A stretch of DNA of 64,000 nt, taken from assembly GCA_002633005.1 (NCBI GenBank), contig NMRA01000840.1, positions 12,747 to 76,746 on the forward strand. Reading direction: 5' to 3'. Below, in pieces: positions 36,960-51,900 of the stretch; within the stretch, counting starts at the first letter, position 1; every line of letters begins with the position of its first letter. The stretch is from Phoronis australis (taxonomy: Eukaryota; Animalia; Phoronida). The notes under the pieces are model-generated. The model worked only from the letters and a program-made list of their open reading frames with translations, made no database searches and was not told the origin of the DNA. A program made the position numbers and the translations under genes.

Positions 36960-39900
36960 TCAAACTTTGTATGACATCCCAGTGTTGTGCATCACTATTG
37001 CCATTCTGCTGCGATCTCGAGACAAACTGCCATCCATTTGAACGTATGCACCATTAACATATCTCAAAGCTGTGTTGTCATAGTAACCCCAAAGCGTCTG
37101 GTGACGGAGGGAGTGGCCATGGTATGCAGTTACAGGCTTCTTTTCGTGTTTGAAGCTGTGTTTCACATTCTTACTCTTTCGTCGGAGACGTCGGCGTCTA
37201 CGCCACTGAATGAACACGTATGTAAAAGACGTAATTGACAAAAATAAGATGAAACATGCAACACAGCATAAAATGAAAATAATCTTCCAATCTTCCAAAA
37301 TGAAGCTCCTAGCTATCTCACAGTTGGCCCCACTTGTGCGTGCGGTGCAAGTGCACGACCCGTGACCAACAGCATCTTCGGAACATGAGCCTCCGTTGTA
37401 GCACAGGCGGCGATGGCAGGGTATCACGCAGGTGACACCGGCAACACCGTCAGTAAATTTGTCTATGTAGCCATGCAGACACGTGCATGTGTAAGATCCA
37501 TCCGTGTTTTTGCATTTTGCAAACGACGAGCAGGGTGAGGATGTAGCGCACTCGTCTACGTCGAAGATGAACAAACGTTTCACTTGCGATACTTTGCCCA
37601 GGTTAACTTCCATTATCGACTTAATTAGCGAGAAATTTCCAAAATCGACAAATGTGGGCCATGGCGACGGATAAATCGAAGATGCCGATGCAGCATTCTC
37701 CATTATTTCCATGTTCGTTTCCGCGCCTACGGCAGCATTTCCGTTGTAAAATCGGATAACTGAACACAGTACTCTGCTTACGACTTTTGAATAAGTGTCC
37801 AAAATAGCAATTTTTAATGTGTTGCACACGCCTGTCTCCAATTGTTCGAACTGCTGGCTGTTTTTGTTCTTTAACACTTCCACAAAATCAACTCTTTGGT
37901 TGTTAATCTTGAAGAAGACGACATCAATAAGAAACGTAATTGTACGGAGATGCTTTGAGGTAACGGACTGAGTTGTTTGAAGTTGTGCCGTGGAAGGATG
38001 TGCCGTGGGAGGCTGTGTTGTTGGATGTTGTGTTGTTGGCGTTTGTGTTGTAGGAGGCTGTGTTGTTGCAGGCTGTGTGGTTGGAGACTGTATCGAAGAA
38101 AGTTGAGTTGTTGGAGGCTGTGTTGTTGGAGGTTGTGTTGTTGGAGGCTGTGTTGTTGGAGGCTGTGTTGTTGGAGGTTTTGTTGTTGGAGGTTGAGATG
38201 TCGTTGTAACTTCTTTACCTGAAAATGATAGGACATGAATAAATTTAAGATCTTTTATGGTATTAGGAAGTACAATTTTCTGACCCACATACTGAATGAA
38301 ATCGAATCGTTAAAACGCAAAACAACGTTCACTTCTTCTTTTAAAAACTGACACAATCAATTACGTGGATCAGAAAATCCGATGCCAGGTTGCATGACAC
38401 TACACTGTCCTAGATTAAACTACTCGGTATGTAAAGAGGCCACCTATTTGGTCAAGAAGTATTATCACAAAGTTTGGGACGGTGTAAATCATTCATATCG
38501 TGTTGTGCAATTTAGAGTTTTCATTTTAACTTTCAGTTGACAAGGAATATTCATTTCCACTAGAAAACGCGTACTTACGGATGAAGTGTTTAGTGGCTCC
38601 CTGCCTTTATTCTTAGTGTTGGTAAGAGAATGGAAGCGAAAACACCAAATATCGATTACAATGATATATACATGTACATTTTTACATAATTCAATTAAGA
38701 TTAGTAAAGAAATCCTTGATGCAGCCCATATATACTCAAACAGCAAAATACCACTAACCACGTGACCCTAACCAGTTGGACATAGTAAATGAAAAACCAC
38801 GTAACATTCTGTAAAGCAATTTGTATTTTGGTGATGACGCTTTACTGAAGCAAAGCGAAACGTTTGTCATTGAACATGTATAAGGCTTCTACATGTATAG
38901 ATGTGTGTGTGTGTGTGTGTTTGTGTGTGTGTAGGTACGTGTTTTTGTGTGCTCCATATGGTGAAAATCGCACGATTAACTCAAGGTCAAAGGCGAAGCT
39001 ATGACGATCAGTATTGTATGAAGGGTATAACACACTTTGCTGATGAATCAACAGTGACCCAGGAGAAAGTATCTGAGCATAGGTTTATTTAATTGACATT
39101 TAGCCCCCAGACTTGATACTAAAGACTCAGTGGCCATTCATTATATCTAGTTGGAAATTGTTAATGAGAAATAACCCAATTTTCTGTACAGCAATTTTTA
39201 TTTTGCTAATGCATATGAATGCTTGTGTGTGCGCGCACCCGCGTGCATGTGCTTCTGTGAGTGCAGACATGATTGTGATGGCCAAAAGTTTTGTCGGTTC
39301 TATTCTATACATTATTTTAGATACTTGCAAAATCAACCCTCTTGTGGAAACCTCATTTTTGGGTTAAGCCTCAATTGTACATGTATGTTGAAACACCAAG
39401 AACGTACAAGATGGAGTTGGAGCGGATTCCCAAGTTTCACTCAGCAGACATTTGACGCTCTTCACTCCTTGTAGTTCAAAGCCGTTATAGCACGAGTAAG
39501 TCGCCTCGCTGCCGAAAGTTGTTGCCCGGCTAGGTGAATACGTTACGTTTCCATTAGAGGGCGCTGGCAAAGTTCCACAGTTCACGACTGCAACGATAAG
39601 GCACGAGGTAAAATACAGTCTGTGTCTGGAGTCCAGGGGTAAAGAAATCGACCAGTTTTATTGTGATGAACGGTATTGTCCCGAACTTTACATATGACTC
39701 ACTTATTGTACTGTAGCATCAAAGAATTTTATTCAAATGGCTTAACACATGTCGTTGTCATCAGTGGCGGATTGGGGGGGGGGGGGAAAAGACGTCCATG
39801 TCCCACTAAAATTTCCCCATATTCCATTTGGTAGTTCGAGGTTGCAAATGTATTACGGGCAAAATCCTAGCTAACACTCTGCCCTGGCTCCCGCCTTACT

Positions 39901-42900
39901 CAAAATCCTGGATCCGCTTCATAACCCAAGGTGAACGAAATATGAGACCTACATACTGTATTGCTAATAGAATTGTAAAATCACATCGTATTTCTCCGGG
40001 TCCAAGAAAAATTACTGTTATATGGGCCTTAGAAGCCCATGGAGCCTATCTCTATTTCATAGCGTTGTCCGATCAACGAGCTAACCCAGTAGGTGCTTTG
40101 TACATTTAGGATTAAAGAAAAGCACAGAACATGACATGTACTTGTGATCATTCAAGGTAACTTGTTTATAGTGATTAAAACCACCAATTCCACATCAAAA
40201 ACACCACAAACAAACCTTCCAGTCCATCTCCGTTCAAATTAGAATACCCGCAAACACTACACTGTATCTGAAGACACTGAGTTACGAGCAACAATTGGTG
40301 ATCGATTCATACTACAGTGTACTTAGAATCGAGACAAACAACCACAACCTTAGCCCTACTGCCTTGTGTTTGGTGTAAAAATTCGTCAAAATATCGCTGC
40401 GCTTTTTCCACTGGTTTATGGTTTAATAAAAGACGATGAAGAGCTGCGTTTGTGGTGGTCGTTACTACTCGGTATTCAAGCACGCTCTGGCTATTCTCAC
40501 TTTCCGTGGGACATTAGAAATGCGCGGACGCAGCACAAGTTTGAACAAGAAACTCGCGTGATGGTGGTCGTGACACACTGATGCAGGGCTAGTACATGTA
40601 CATAGTTACTCTCCTGTTTCAGCTAAACAGCTTGAAATTAAAGTTGCTTTTCCTTTATTTTCTCACCAGCAGACGACTTAATTGGAACCCCAATGAAGAA
40701 ATGTGAAGCATTGCTGTTAAATGCCGCATTACCGTAGTTTTCGCCCAGGTTTCTCAGTTTCGGAATAATGCCATTGGACCTGCAGCCCATACTGGATTTC
40801 ACATTAGGTCCATATGCCAACAGCAACAAATTGCTATGTTTACGTACGGGATCTGGGATGAAAACATGGTAGGTACAAAATGGCGACGTTGTTTATTGAC
40901 GAATAAGTACATGTAGACACCTGTTTGAAAAATGAACGTCAAAAGAATTACAAGTAAGTTGACTCATTAAAACCTTACCGACACAAGTCAATTCAAATCC
41001 AAAGCAACGACGCACCTACGTCGAATACAGTGTTCGCATGGTGTTGTACCATGCGGTACAGCCCGAGAACCGCCAATCGGAGCGTTTGGAAGCATAGGCG
41101 CGCTGAACGGGACGACTAATGAGAAAACATGTTACATACATGTACATGTATCATCCATCTGAGAACACATCAGTAGGTTAGTTTTACCACATTTGATCAC
41201 AAAATGCCACGTATCCTCCAAATAACTTGCATTTTGTTGCTACCAAACATCTTTTTGAGAATTATTGAAATTTAACGTTTTCAAGTAAAAAGGGACTTTT
41301 CGGGTCAATACTTATATTCGCCGTGCTTATACTGTGTTGTTTTTTAAACTGAATGTTCTGGAAACAAACCAGTTTGGACACTCACCGTCCACACACAGTA
41401 AAGCCAAAAACCAGCCTCGGATTTGCTCTCACTTCCAAGATATTTAGATTTAGTAACCCATTTCTCACAAATCGCCCCTTTCACTTCTCCTTTTCGGTTT
41501 CCAAAACGATTCGAGTGAGCATTAGGTGCTTGAATTGTGTAGTTCAATCAGAAGGCTAATCGCACGTTTAGCTCGCGCTTGAAAAATCCGGCCACCTGAA
41601 TATTCGCAGACATATACCGTAGTTTGAATTCTCCCTCCATTAAGTCAGACAGTTGTTGTAGATCTGTTCGTTTGTTCTGAAACCTCTGGAATTCAGCGAC
41701 CGATCGACAAATGAATAAGGCGCTTCAGTTATTTTTTTTTTGTAAAGATTTCACGTCTCAACACGTCATAGTAAAGTTACGTACCTGTAGAATGTATGGT
41801 GGATTCATTTATTAGCCATTTGGCTCAACCACCGCAGGTACGCTAATGAACACTTACACTGTCTACATGTGAAGCAGCAGAGTTTTCGGTTCTGAGCTGA
41901 CAAGCAAATAAGGGATGGCGGTGCAACGGAACAGTCAGCTTTGTCTCCGTACTCACAACCTGGAATAAAAAAGCATCATATTGACCATATTTAAGTCAAC
42001 TATCAACCATCCACATCACTGAAATTTCGAATGACCGTTATGACAACCCCTGAACGTAAGTTAAATATGCTGAGAACTTAAGGACTTAAGACAACAACTC
42101 ATCAACTTATGCAAAACAAAACACGTCTGCACGCCTTAGGTAAGTGACATTTTTGAGGATAAGTGTTAACGAGATGCATATCAAATATGTACATGTATGT
42201 TAATTTAAGTTAGATTTTTTCAGGACAAAATAAAAAAGACATGATCAATAGTAAATCTGAAAGGACATGACGTACGATGTAAATTTGCAGAATTATTGTT
42301 ATGGTAACTCAGGATCGGGAATCCCGCAATTTAAACCAAATGTCTACAGAAATACAAATACAAGTTCGCTGAACACAGACAAGCCTGTAGAGTTTGATTG
42401 TATAGTATACAATCAAACTCTACAGGCTTGTCTGTACACACGTACACGTATTACGTGTACGTGTGTACAGTACCGAACGGCCAGTATTGGGGGAGTCACG
42501 TCTTTTTAGTCTTTTGTCATGGAATTCATAAAAGGCTATTTTCCCTCATGCAAACATGGACTATTTTACAACAATCCCTAGAAGCACTTTAGAGAGCAGT
42601 CTATAAAAAACAGTGTCTGAAAGTTTCGTGCAAATTTGGCCCTGAAGTTTGTGAGACAAGAATATTCCAAATCTGGACATTTGTCGAAAGTCCTACTTGC
42701 CATTGATGTGATAATACGAGTACGTAGCCACATCAAGAGAATGAGTCACTCTGCATTTTTTCTTACATGTAAGATGTTAAAATGATTTGGAAAAATTTAC
42801 TCTTAACTGCGGACGACTGCAGGTTTATAAAAAGAAAATCTGCTGAGGGAGTGAAAATTTTCAATTACCGCACATATAACTCGTAACAAAATTAACCGTT

Positions 42901-45900
42901 TTGCATCGTTTTGCCCCAAAGATTCACACCAACATTAAAAATCTAACTTTGAGATGATAGAAATGGAAGTACAAATATGCAAGTCGAAGTTCACTGTGAA
43001 AGTAATTTTTAACAAAGGAGTATTCAATGGCCTACCGGAATTTACCGAAAACAGGTCCATTCGAAAGTACACTGTACGCCAATAATCAGAGTTTTCGAAA
43101 ATTTTCCAAAAGTACATGTTCGTTCATCAGCGTATTTACGGTAACTGTTCGTATGTTTGAAAATCTGACAGAGGTGTTCTAAATTTCCGGGATTTTTCCG
43201 AGATAATACCATGGGCGTGTATTGGGAAAATGGAAAATTTCAGGCGTTAACATTAACACCAAATAAACGCCCGGGCGGCATTTAAGTGGAAAGTCATTGT
43301 CTCGGCTGGTATGGAAATATTATCGATTGTTTGCATAAAACTGTGCTTTTTGATTTTAAGTTAATGAATACATAGTTTCCCAACACTTTGTTCGTTCTTT
43401 TAAAGGATAAATGCTCCGCAAAACTGAATTTGTGGCTAAAAGTTGACGCTGACTGGACTTTAAAGAGGAAATATTTCGAATAAATGCCTCAGTTTCTGGA
43501 TTCTTGACAACGGAAGTTGTAACGATAAATAAACTTAAGGCCAATAGGCGTTTATTCGGCATATTTTCCAAAACAAAACGCCCACGGGCGTTTCATCCGG
43601 TGGGCTTATCTACGGAAAATCCCGGTACATACATGTATGTATTATGTTTGGATGTAAACATGTGCTTATCTTAACAATATAGTACGTTTTGGGATCACGA
43701 TTTCATTCAGACATGACAATTCTGTCACGAGATATTGGTTGGCTTCGATGGTAACTAATTAGCACAGTATAAAAGGACGTTTTCACCCCATCATGTTCGC
43801 TGAATGCAAAATAATTATACATGTAGGTTAATTTCTTTGTACGGCACAAATACATACAGTAAAAAGAAGTGTTTAACAGTTTCCGAAAGTACGTCTGGTC
43901 TAATACTCCATTCCATTTGACTTTTTGAAAGGTTGTTCCCGAATATCCGCAAATGGGCCTACATGTATTANNNNNNNNNNNNNNNNNNNNNNNNNNNNNN
44001 NNNNNNNNNNNNNNNNNNNNNNNNNNNNNNNNNNNNNNNNNNNNNNNNNNNNNNNNNNNNNNNNNNNNNNNNNNNNNNNNNNNNNNNNNNNNNNNNNCTA
44101 AACATTCCCGGTAATAATTATAATTAAGACAGACAATCCAAGAGTCCAAGATTCAATGGTTGATCAACGGCATCTTTGAGACACATTCTTAACTTTCTCA
44201 TCCTGGGTTGTCTGAGCCCAATAATCGAGTACGTTTTGTAGCAATAACCCAGAACTAGTGTACAGTGTATACATGTATTAGTGTCCATTGCCCTTTTACA
44301 AGCTCGTTTCAGGCAAGTGTGGGTAGGGATGCCTCTCGGACTGGCTACTGGTGAGAATGTGGTAATAGATGCAAAGCCAATAACATTGGGTTAATTTGTA
44401 CAGACACTGTTCTCCAGTTGGTCGTACCTGGCAGACTCTCGTTTGGCACACATCTCTTGCAGCACCTGTTTTGCACGTACGGCTGGTAGCACTGCAGCTC
44501 CGCCACCTCTGCGCATGTGTCGGCACTGCCACTGAAAACTGCACCAGGCCTGTCACCAGAGGGACACGTGTCTATAACGAAAGAACATCGAATAAAGCAA
44601 AGGAAAAAGTCAGTGCAACGGACGAGACAATCGCAGATTTCAACATTCTTCCTGGCGCAAACTTAGCGTATAGGTGCCCGAAGTCACTCTGACCTGAAAT
44701 TGTTGTAGCGTTGTTGTGTAAAATCTGAATACCTGCTCATAAGCGTATAAAACTATACTGTAGTGTGCGACCGCTCGTGGTTGATATCCTGGTTTCGCGC
44801 AAAGGCGCTCACGTATCTCGCACAAAACACACACTGTAACAAGTCTGCGAATTAGTTTTACGGCGGTGTCTTTAGTTGTGACGTTAATATCTTGTGAATT
44901 ACAGCATACATGTACATGTATTGCATATAGCATGTATTGCTTGCGAAAGAACATACATGTACCAGTAGGCAAAATTAGCTGAATACACGTCACTTGTCGA
45001 AACTAATAATCATTATAGAATAGATATTGTTAATAACGACAAGTGTCGTGTATTCAATCAAATTTGCATATCGGAAAACTTGAACCCTGAGTACAACCAG
45101 TACCACTAGGCAAGAACAAAATAGTGTGTTAGATGGCCAGAAACGAGACGTGATTGTTTTTTTAGTCATCGCGTGGCATATCATGGCGTTTCAATTTTTT
45201 TCGTGAAAAGAATCCAACGTTGACACCGTCACCGGTAAAGATTAGACAACTCACAGTTTGCTCACCTTGGACTCTACCACTATGATCAAAAGCCCAATGC
45301 AGTTGCAGTCAACTTCATCGACTCAGGCTGCTTACCATTCGTTAGATACTAGACCCATCATAAACACTGTAGGGGACTATAATAATATTTTTAAATTTTC
45401 GTTTTAAAATGTTTTAGTAGCAAATTGCAATAGTGAAAAGTACAGTCACGTGGCTAGGTTTTTGAACCTTGAAAATCGGATAAGAAATTTGCCTTAACAA
45501 TCTAAAACTTTTGCCATTTTGTCCTGCTTCTCATTAATTCTGCTGTTTGGGCAACATAATTGGGCCAACATAATTGGGCCAACATAATTGGGCCAACATA
45601 ATTGGGCCAACATAATTGGGCCAACATAATTGGGCCAACATAATTGGGCCAAAAACCAAACCAGTAGGGAGCAGTTGGATTTTTAGGTACTGTAAGCCAA
45701 GTGATATACATGTAGTACAATTCTTGGCATGTACGTGATTTTCTGCACTTTAAAAACAAAAACAAACACACACTCACAAGAACTTGGCTGAAAATTGATA
45801 AGACTGGAAGTCCATTTTAATGGGTGGGCAAAGCTCTCAGAATGAGTGGAGTTCAAGGCCAGAACTAAATTTGCTTTTTTGGCCTATCATGAAAATTTCA

Positions 45901-48900
45901 GTGATAATCGAGAATTGGCCATTTGTGACCGCAGTAACTGACAATATTACACGTCGTTAGAAGTGACAAATGTCCTGTCTTCTTACCGCTGGCTTTCGGT
46001 GCCCTTTCGTCGTAGACACAATATCCATGAAGGCACCACTGAAACGAGATACAACGCGTGCTGGAACACACAAAATGTCGGCATGTATGGCATGCAGGCC
46101 AAAAATTCATCAACATCGCAAACAATTTGACATCATGCCAAAATTTTGAAAAGAAAAAAAAACGGTGTCGCGTTGTTTTAGAATTTGTACCTCACCAAGA
46201 GTTTACATTAACAGAGAACGAAATGCACTTAATGTGCGGTAACAGTAACGACGTGTGTGTATTTTTCCAATCACTAAAACATCGGCATGTTCTTTAGGAC
46301 CAGCACTCAAAATTTGGAATTATAGTGTTGCTGAAATGATACTCATTAGAAAGAACTTTGTCTCTAGTGAGAAAACTAACTTTTAATTTAGGCAACTTTC
46401 CGTAAAAAAATGACTGTCCTCAGCTTTTCTGTTGGTAGGCCTACTTTTGTAAACGTGGTATGAACACGTTTATTGCCCACGATGGCTTGTGAATAATCAA
46501 ATGAGTCGAATACAGTGACTTCCTTCCCATGAGTTGACAAAGTATTAGAAGCCAACAACGCAGCTGCTTCGTCGTGAGATTTCGAAATGAGGTTTTCACA
46601 CAACAGTTCACATCGCTTTAAGCACGCATACTGTATACGCGCGCGTACAGTATATGCGTGTATCACAATCGCCACATAGAACGAAAACTGAACAAAGTTA
46701 CCACCGCCCTGACGCATGGAGCTGTGCACAAGGTGTTATTGGTGAGGACGCTTAACTCTGGAATGACTGAATTGAAAACTTACACACATGTGAGCTTAAT
46801 ATTTTTACCGCTCTCCTCTAATGCCTGTTGAAGATAGTCATGTATTATTTTATCCCATGCTACTGTAGTCAAAATTTGCACTTGATGGTCACTAGTGTCG
46901 ATTTACAAACTCGTGTAAAAACACCGAAGTTTCAAGTAAAAACTCGAAATTTACGTGTTGAGACTAGAATTAGAATACGTTCACTAGTGAACAACACTTG
47001 CTTGTGTGTGCAAGGAAAACTGGAGTGAGTACACGCACCTTTTTGTCTCCACATGTAGTTCCATCGGCCGCCACCAGGGCACCCGGTCTTATACACGACT
47101 GGTCCGTGGGTGAATAGCAGAACACACTTTGACACATTTTGGCATCTGCATCGGCTCCCTGGAACAAACCGGTGTTCTCTGAATGACATTTCAACACAAA
47201 ACTGACTTGAAAGCTACTTATTCCACACTGGGTGCATTTTTCAATTACACAGTGTGAAAATAAATGTTTTTATCAATGGTTTGAACGAATGGTGTTGCTC
47301 TATTTTCATTTAGTATAAAAGTTCCATGCAGGCTTTCACCTCCAAAGCTCAAGGGTTTCATTCACAATTACTTTTTACAACACCAGTTGTTCGAGACTTT
47401 ATATTTATATAAATCCGTTTTGATATGGAAGAAAGTTGAGAAGCATTTCAAATGTGGAACCAATACTCAAAGTGTTATAAGCACTAACTCTGTTTGGCGG
47501 AGTCATTTTACTTGAGGGAAGGCAACTAATATTAGTGTATCAAAATCGAATGAATAGCTGTTGAAAGCAAAAGAATGCTTAGTGTAGTTCAGCACTGGCG
47601 TGGCTTCCAATTCTCGGAATTAAAATTTTCTGTGAATACCTAAAAATGATTTGCCGAAGGTGTGCTTTTTGTTCGTGCCCGTTTGTGGGCGCCTAGGTAC
47701 TACGACACCCTAAATCCACCTGAGTTGCATGCGTGCAGCGGGTGAACCAAAAAGGTTTGAAGGTATTTTTGCGCCAATTAATACTACAGGTCCTGGTTTA
47801 GTTGAAGTTACACGTACAATATGATGGCTTAAACGTGAATCATGAATGGTAATTTACAATTCGTCAATTTTGCGCTAAAATAGTCAACTATAATTTAGAT
47901 CCTACCCCACAGTAGTATGACTGGTCGCCATATAGCTGTTTGCACTGCTGGTGAATAGTACACCGCTGTCCAGGCATCACACGGAGGTAATCGTCGAATT
48001 CAGTTTTGTTGAAGACGACGCTTGTTGTTAGCATGCAGTTTTTACCCGCACTAGAATAAAAGACAGTGACGTCAGTTTAGTGGCGTGTTCAATGAAAACC
48101 ATTCAGTAATATTATGGATAGCAAACGTATATGAATGAATGGACCGGGTGTCGTAAACTTTTGGGATGAATTCTATGAGCACATAAGGTAGCCAATCAGG
48201 AGAGCCGCGATTACATACAATTTTTAAAAAACTGCAAGGCAGGGAGTCTATGTATTTTTAAGCTTACATTGCGTCGTTACCATCACTTCCGCGACACTAC
48301 ATTTAACGTGCAAGTTAAGCAAACAACATGATATCGATATATTTTTGCCAGAACAATTGTTGGAAGATAGGATTTTGCCCGAATAGTGTGTTTTCTTTGT
48401 TACTGTGGACATACGAGTAGTTCTGATAGCGGCGAGCCCGACAGGTCTTTACGAAGGAAGCATGTCCGCATTCCGGCAACAACATCTTATCTACTTTAGA
48501 CCACATATCACTACAAAATTGGTCACGAATTGTTTCTGTGTCAAATTTCTGGACATACAAAGAATAAGGTCGTCCAGAATAACACAGACTCGAATTTCCT
48601 TGTACATGTACATATAGTTACCGGCTACAAAGCAGCAACATCCTTCAAACGATTTTGTTGCCCCGTTTTAGCGTTACTGGAGTATCACATGTTATTTGAT
48701 GTTGCAGTATTCTTCGCTAATTTTTCTCGGTTGCTCTATCATATTGGTCCTTCTAATTATTGTACGGACGAAATTCGAACAGGAGAAAATTGGAAAATTG
48801 GACAAACTTGACAAATATTCGTGGATGCTAAGTATTAGTGGCGGATTCCGATATAACCTGTGAACGGATTTAGGGTGAGGTGGGGGGGGCTGGGGGTCCA

Positions 48901-51900
48901 TGAAATGCAGAATACTCAAGTATGCTCCATGGTCTTCGATAGACACAGAGGTACATGTAGTACACGCGTTTTGGAGCACTGTCAGATACTAAGTCAACAG
49001 CGTGGAAAGATGTTTATATGAGACAGAGCTTGAAGGAATGGGGAACTGGGAACTAGCAATGCGATTCACCTGTTTAGTGATGTCACGTATGACGTCATGG
49101 TAGTTATGGAGCACGAGGAGAAGCGATATGTGTTGTTGCGTGTCGCCTCTGACCAAGGGCTGGCAGACGGTGCCATGATAAATTGCTGGCTGGGATTGCA
49201 ACCGTTGGTTCCGAGGTCATCGTGTTTGGCATTCAGGCTGAAATGTTAACACATTACAATACACGCACACTAATTTCGTAACCACAGCTTATGTGTGATA
49301 AAATGGTGTCATCTCCAAATGAGGAAATGTAAATTCTGGACAAATCACAGTAAAATGAAAGGCTATGAGAAAATGAAAGATTCAACTGAAACAGTACGAC
49401 GCAAAAATAAATTCCCTCGGTTTTTGTCACGTTACTCACTCACTGAATTGAAAGCTTTAACGGAAAATATTGCGTACAGCCTGAATTTCATCATACATGT
49501 ACATGTGCTGGCGACATTGCACAATCTGATTAATAAGTTCCTCGGTGTTCATCGCAGTAAAGATCTCCTATATTTAGCCATACAATTTCAGGACTTGTTA
49601 TTTGACGTTTATACACACATCTACCAGCCGCTGCATTAAAAGTTCACGGCTCTCCACAATCTTTCTCAATTTTGACTTCTTGTACAAACAAGTATGACTC
49701 AAGTTATTCGCTAGAAAAAACAACAACAACAATAGAGTGGCCCTTGGCAGAAATTCCCAGTGCTGGTAATGCCTTCATACTTCCACCCAATGAAAATCAA
49801 TATATTGTCCGTAACGCCAGGCTTTACTGGTGAACTATCCTTTACCCACCCCCACCTCCAGTAACCTGGGAGCATGCATGCAATGCTTTCCCACAACAGG
49901 TGCCCACAATAGACTACAAGCTGCGTTTGCTCACAGCATCATCTTAATTCCTGGGATACATTAAAACACCGGTGTGCCACATTCCTCTAGTATATGTATG
50001 TGAATCGATGCATGGCAAATGTGTCAAGACTGAAAAAGGACCCATAAACGTGACTTATCCTACCTGTGACCTAATTCATGAGCTAGGGTAGCGATGTTGC
50101 CGAAGCCTCCGTGCTCCTCGTTGATAGACTGTCCAACGTAAGTTCCGGATATTGAACTACAGACGCCAGGGGTCGTGGCCAACCCAGCAACCTTGGAGCT
50201 GCCATCAGTGCTTATTACGTCATACCTGTCATTACTTATTAATTAGGTCCGCATTTACAACAAGAAGTGGTTGATGGGGAGCTATATGACACTCATTACT
50301 TGTAGTATTGCTTGACATCATTACATGTACTTGTAGTATTGCTTGACATCATACTAATCAACCAAATCAAAGTACAGTGTAGTTTTCAAAATAAACTGTA
50401 AAAAATTGGATAGAACTCTACAAAACTGTGTCAAACTTGAATATACATTTAACGAAAATCATTTTACAATTTTTGTCATGTTATTTTTCGGAGTTCAACG
50501 TTAGGTAAATGCGCCTAATCGTTAATTGTTTTTTAATGCAATGAACTTTCGGAGAATGTTGTTGCGATTTCCACAACGTGGATGGAAAGACACCTGTTGT
50601 AAATTTTTCGATATTCAGCTAGAATTGAAATAAAGTTTAGTACAAAACCAATGGATATTTAGTCGACAGGTTTCCTTTAACGAATTTTGGGATGATGTCA
50701 GCTAATGTGACATAACATAAAGGTGTGCTGTAACTGTTTAAGAAGGCATGTGGTATGCCAAGTTAACTTTCACACGCCGTTTACGGTATTTGATTCGGTT
50801 ACATGTAGATGCATATGTTTGACTTTGAACTTTATGCAAATTGATCTTCAAACCCCAACTCAGGAGGTCGCTCCGACTAACACAAAACAACCCATACAAT
50901 GCAAGGATATTTGATAATTTCAAGCAGTTGGACAGTTTCCGGCAATGTCCAGCTTACCCAGTATTTAAGGCACCGTGGTCATAGTTAGGGATTGATCCGC
51001 TGTCAACGTTGATCTTGGCCCAGTTTTTGAAGGCGTTGAGACTTGTAGATGCAGGAATTTTTAGGCGAGGCGTGCCGCTTTGCTTGTAGTCCTCGGTAAA
51101 GTAGGACGCTTGAGCAGTCTAACGGAAAAAGGAAAGATGCTGTCATGAAGACAAAGACACCACTTCCGGATGGCCAAACGATCAATAATTGTTATTCCGC
51201 TTTAAACGTTAATAATAACAAGACTAGACAAATTGCCTCAATTTGCGCAAAACATAATCCTCAAAAATAAACGCACTTTCGGAAAAAAACTGGGAAGAAC
51301 AACATTCTCTTGCTCCCGAAGGCACCTATTAGTTGACAATATATCGGTCAGTTAGGCAGCAGTGAATCAAATTTACTGATGGACACTAAAATTGCTATAA
51401 ACCAACCGTCTGTGAAGGAACCCGTCTTTTTGAAGCCACATACTATGCATCTATCAGTCTCGAATTTATCAGGAATTTCAGGTTTGTAAAATCGGGCTGG
51501 TTCACACGACCTTATCGTTCGGCACGTTTTTTATCGGTCGGGACGTTCTTTGCGTTCTAGCTGCTGATTGATTGCAGTCGCAAGCAAATAATAGGTTTTG
51601 AGTGAAAATATCCAATCTTGTGCATTTTTGTACGTTTTTTTGTGGTAGTCGGTAGTCATAACACTTAGAAAATTCGGATCGAGTTTTCTTGTTCATGATT
51701 TACGATAACTTTGGCATAGCATTCTCTACAAATGCTCAAGTTGTGATCAGTTATTAAAGCTGTTCATTGTCCCCTATAAGTATCCATAGCAAAAGGTCGT
51801 GAAATTTTGTGATGCCCAATTCCGGTTTTGGTAGTGCTTGAATTACCATCAATGCACATGTTATCCAGTTTCTCAACAAATATTTTTTATTTCACGACTG

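Noticed and set aside
37871-38236. Gln-rich and Cys/Trp-rich ORFs
   Set aside because: Alternative-frame and antisense readings of the 15-bp mucin repeat.
38219-38288. ORF 36960-38288 as a stand-alone single-exon gene
   Set aside because: There is no signal peptide, and an acceptor at 38218 completes the Sushi domain's final Cys codon.
50064-50085. Gly-to-Asn change in HExxHxxGxxH as an inactivating mutation
   Set aside because: Asn at this position occurs in active ADAMTS1/4, and all three His, the Glu and the Met-turn are intact.
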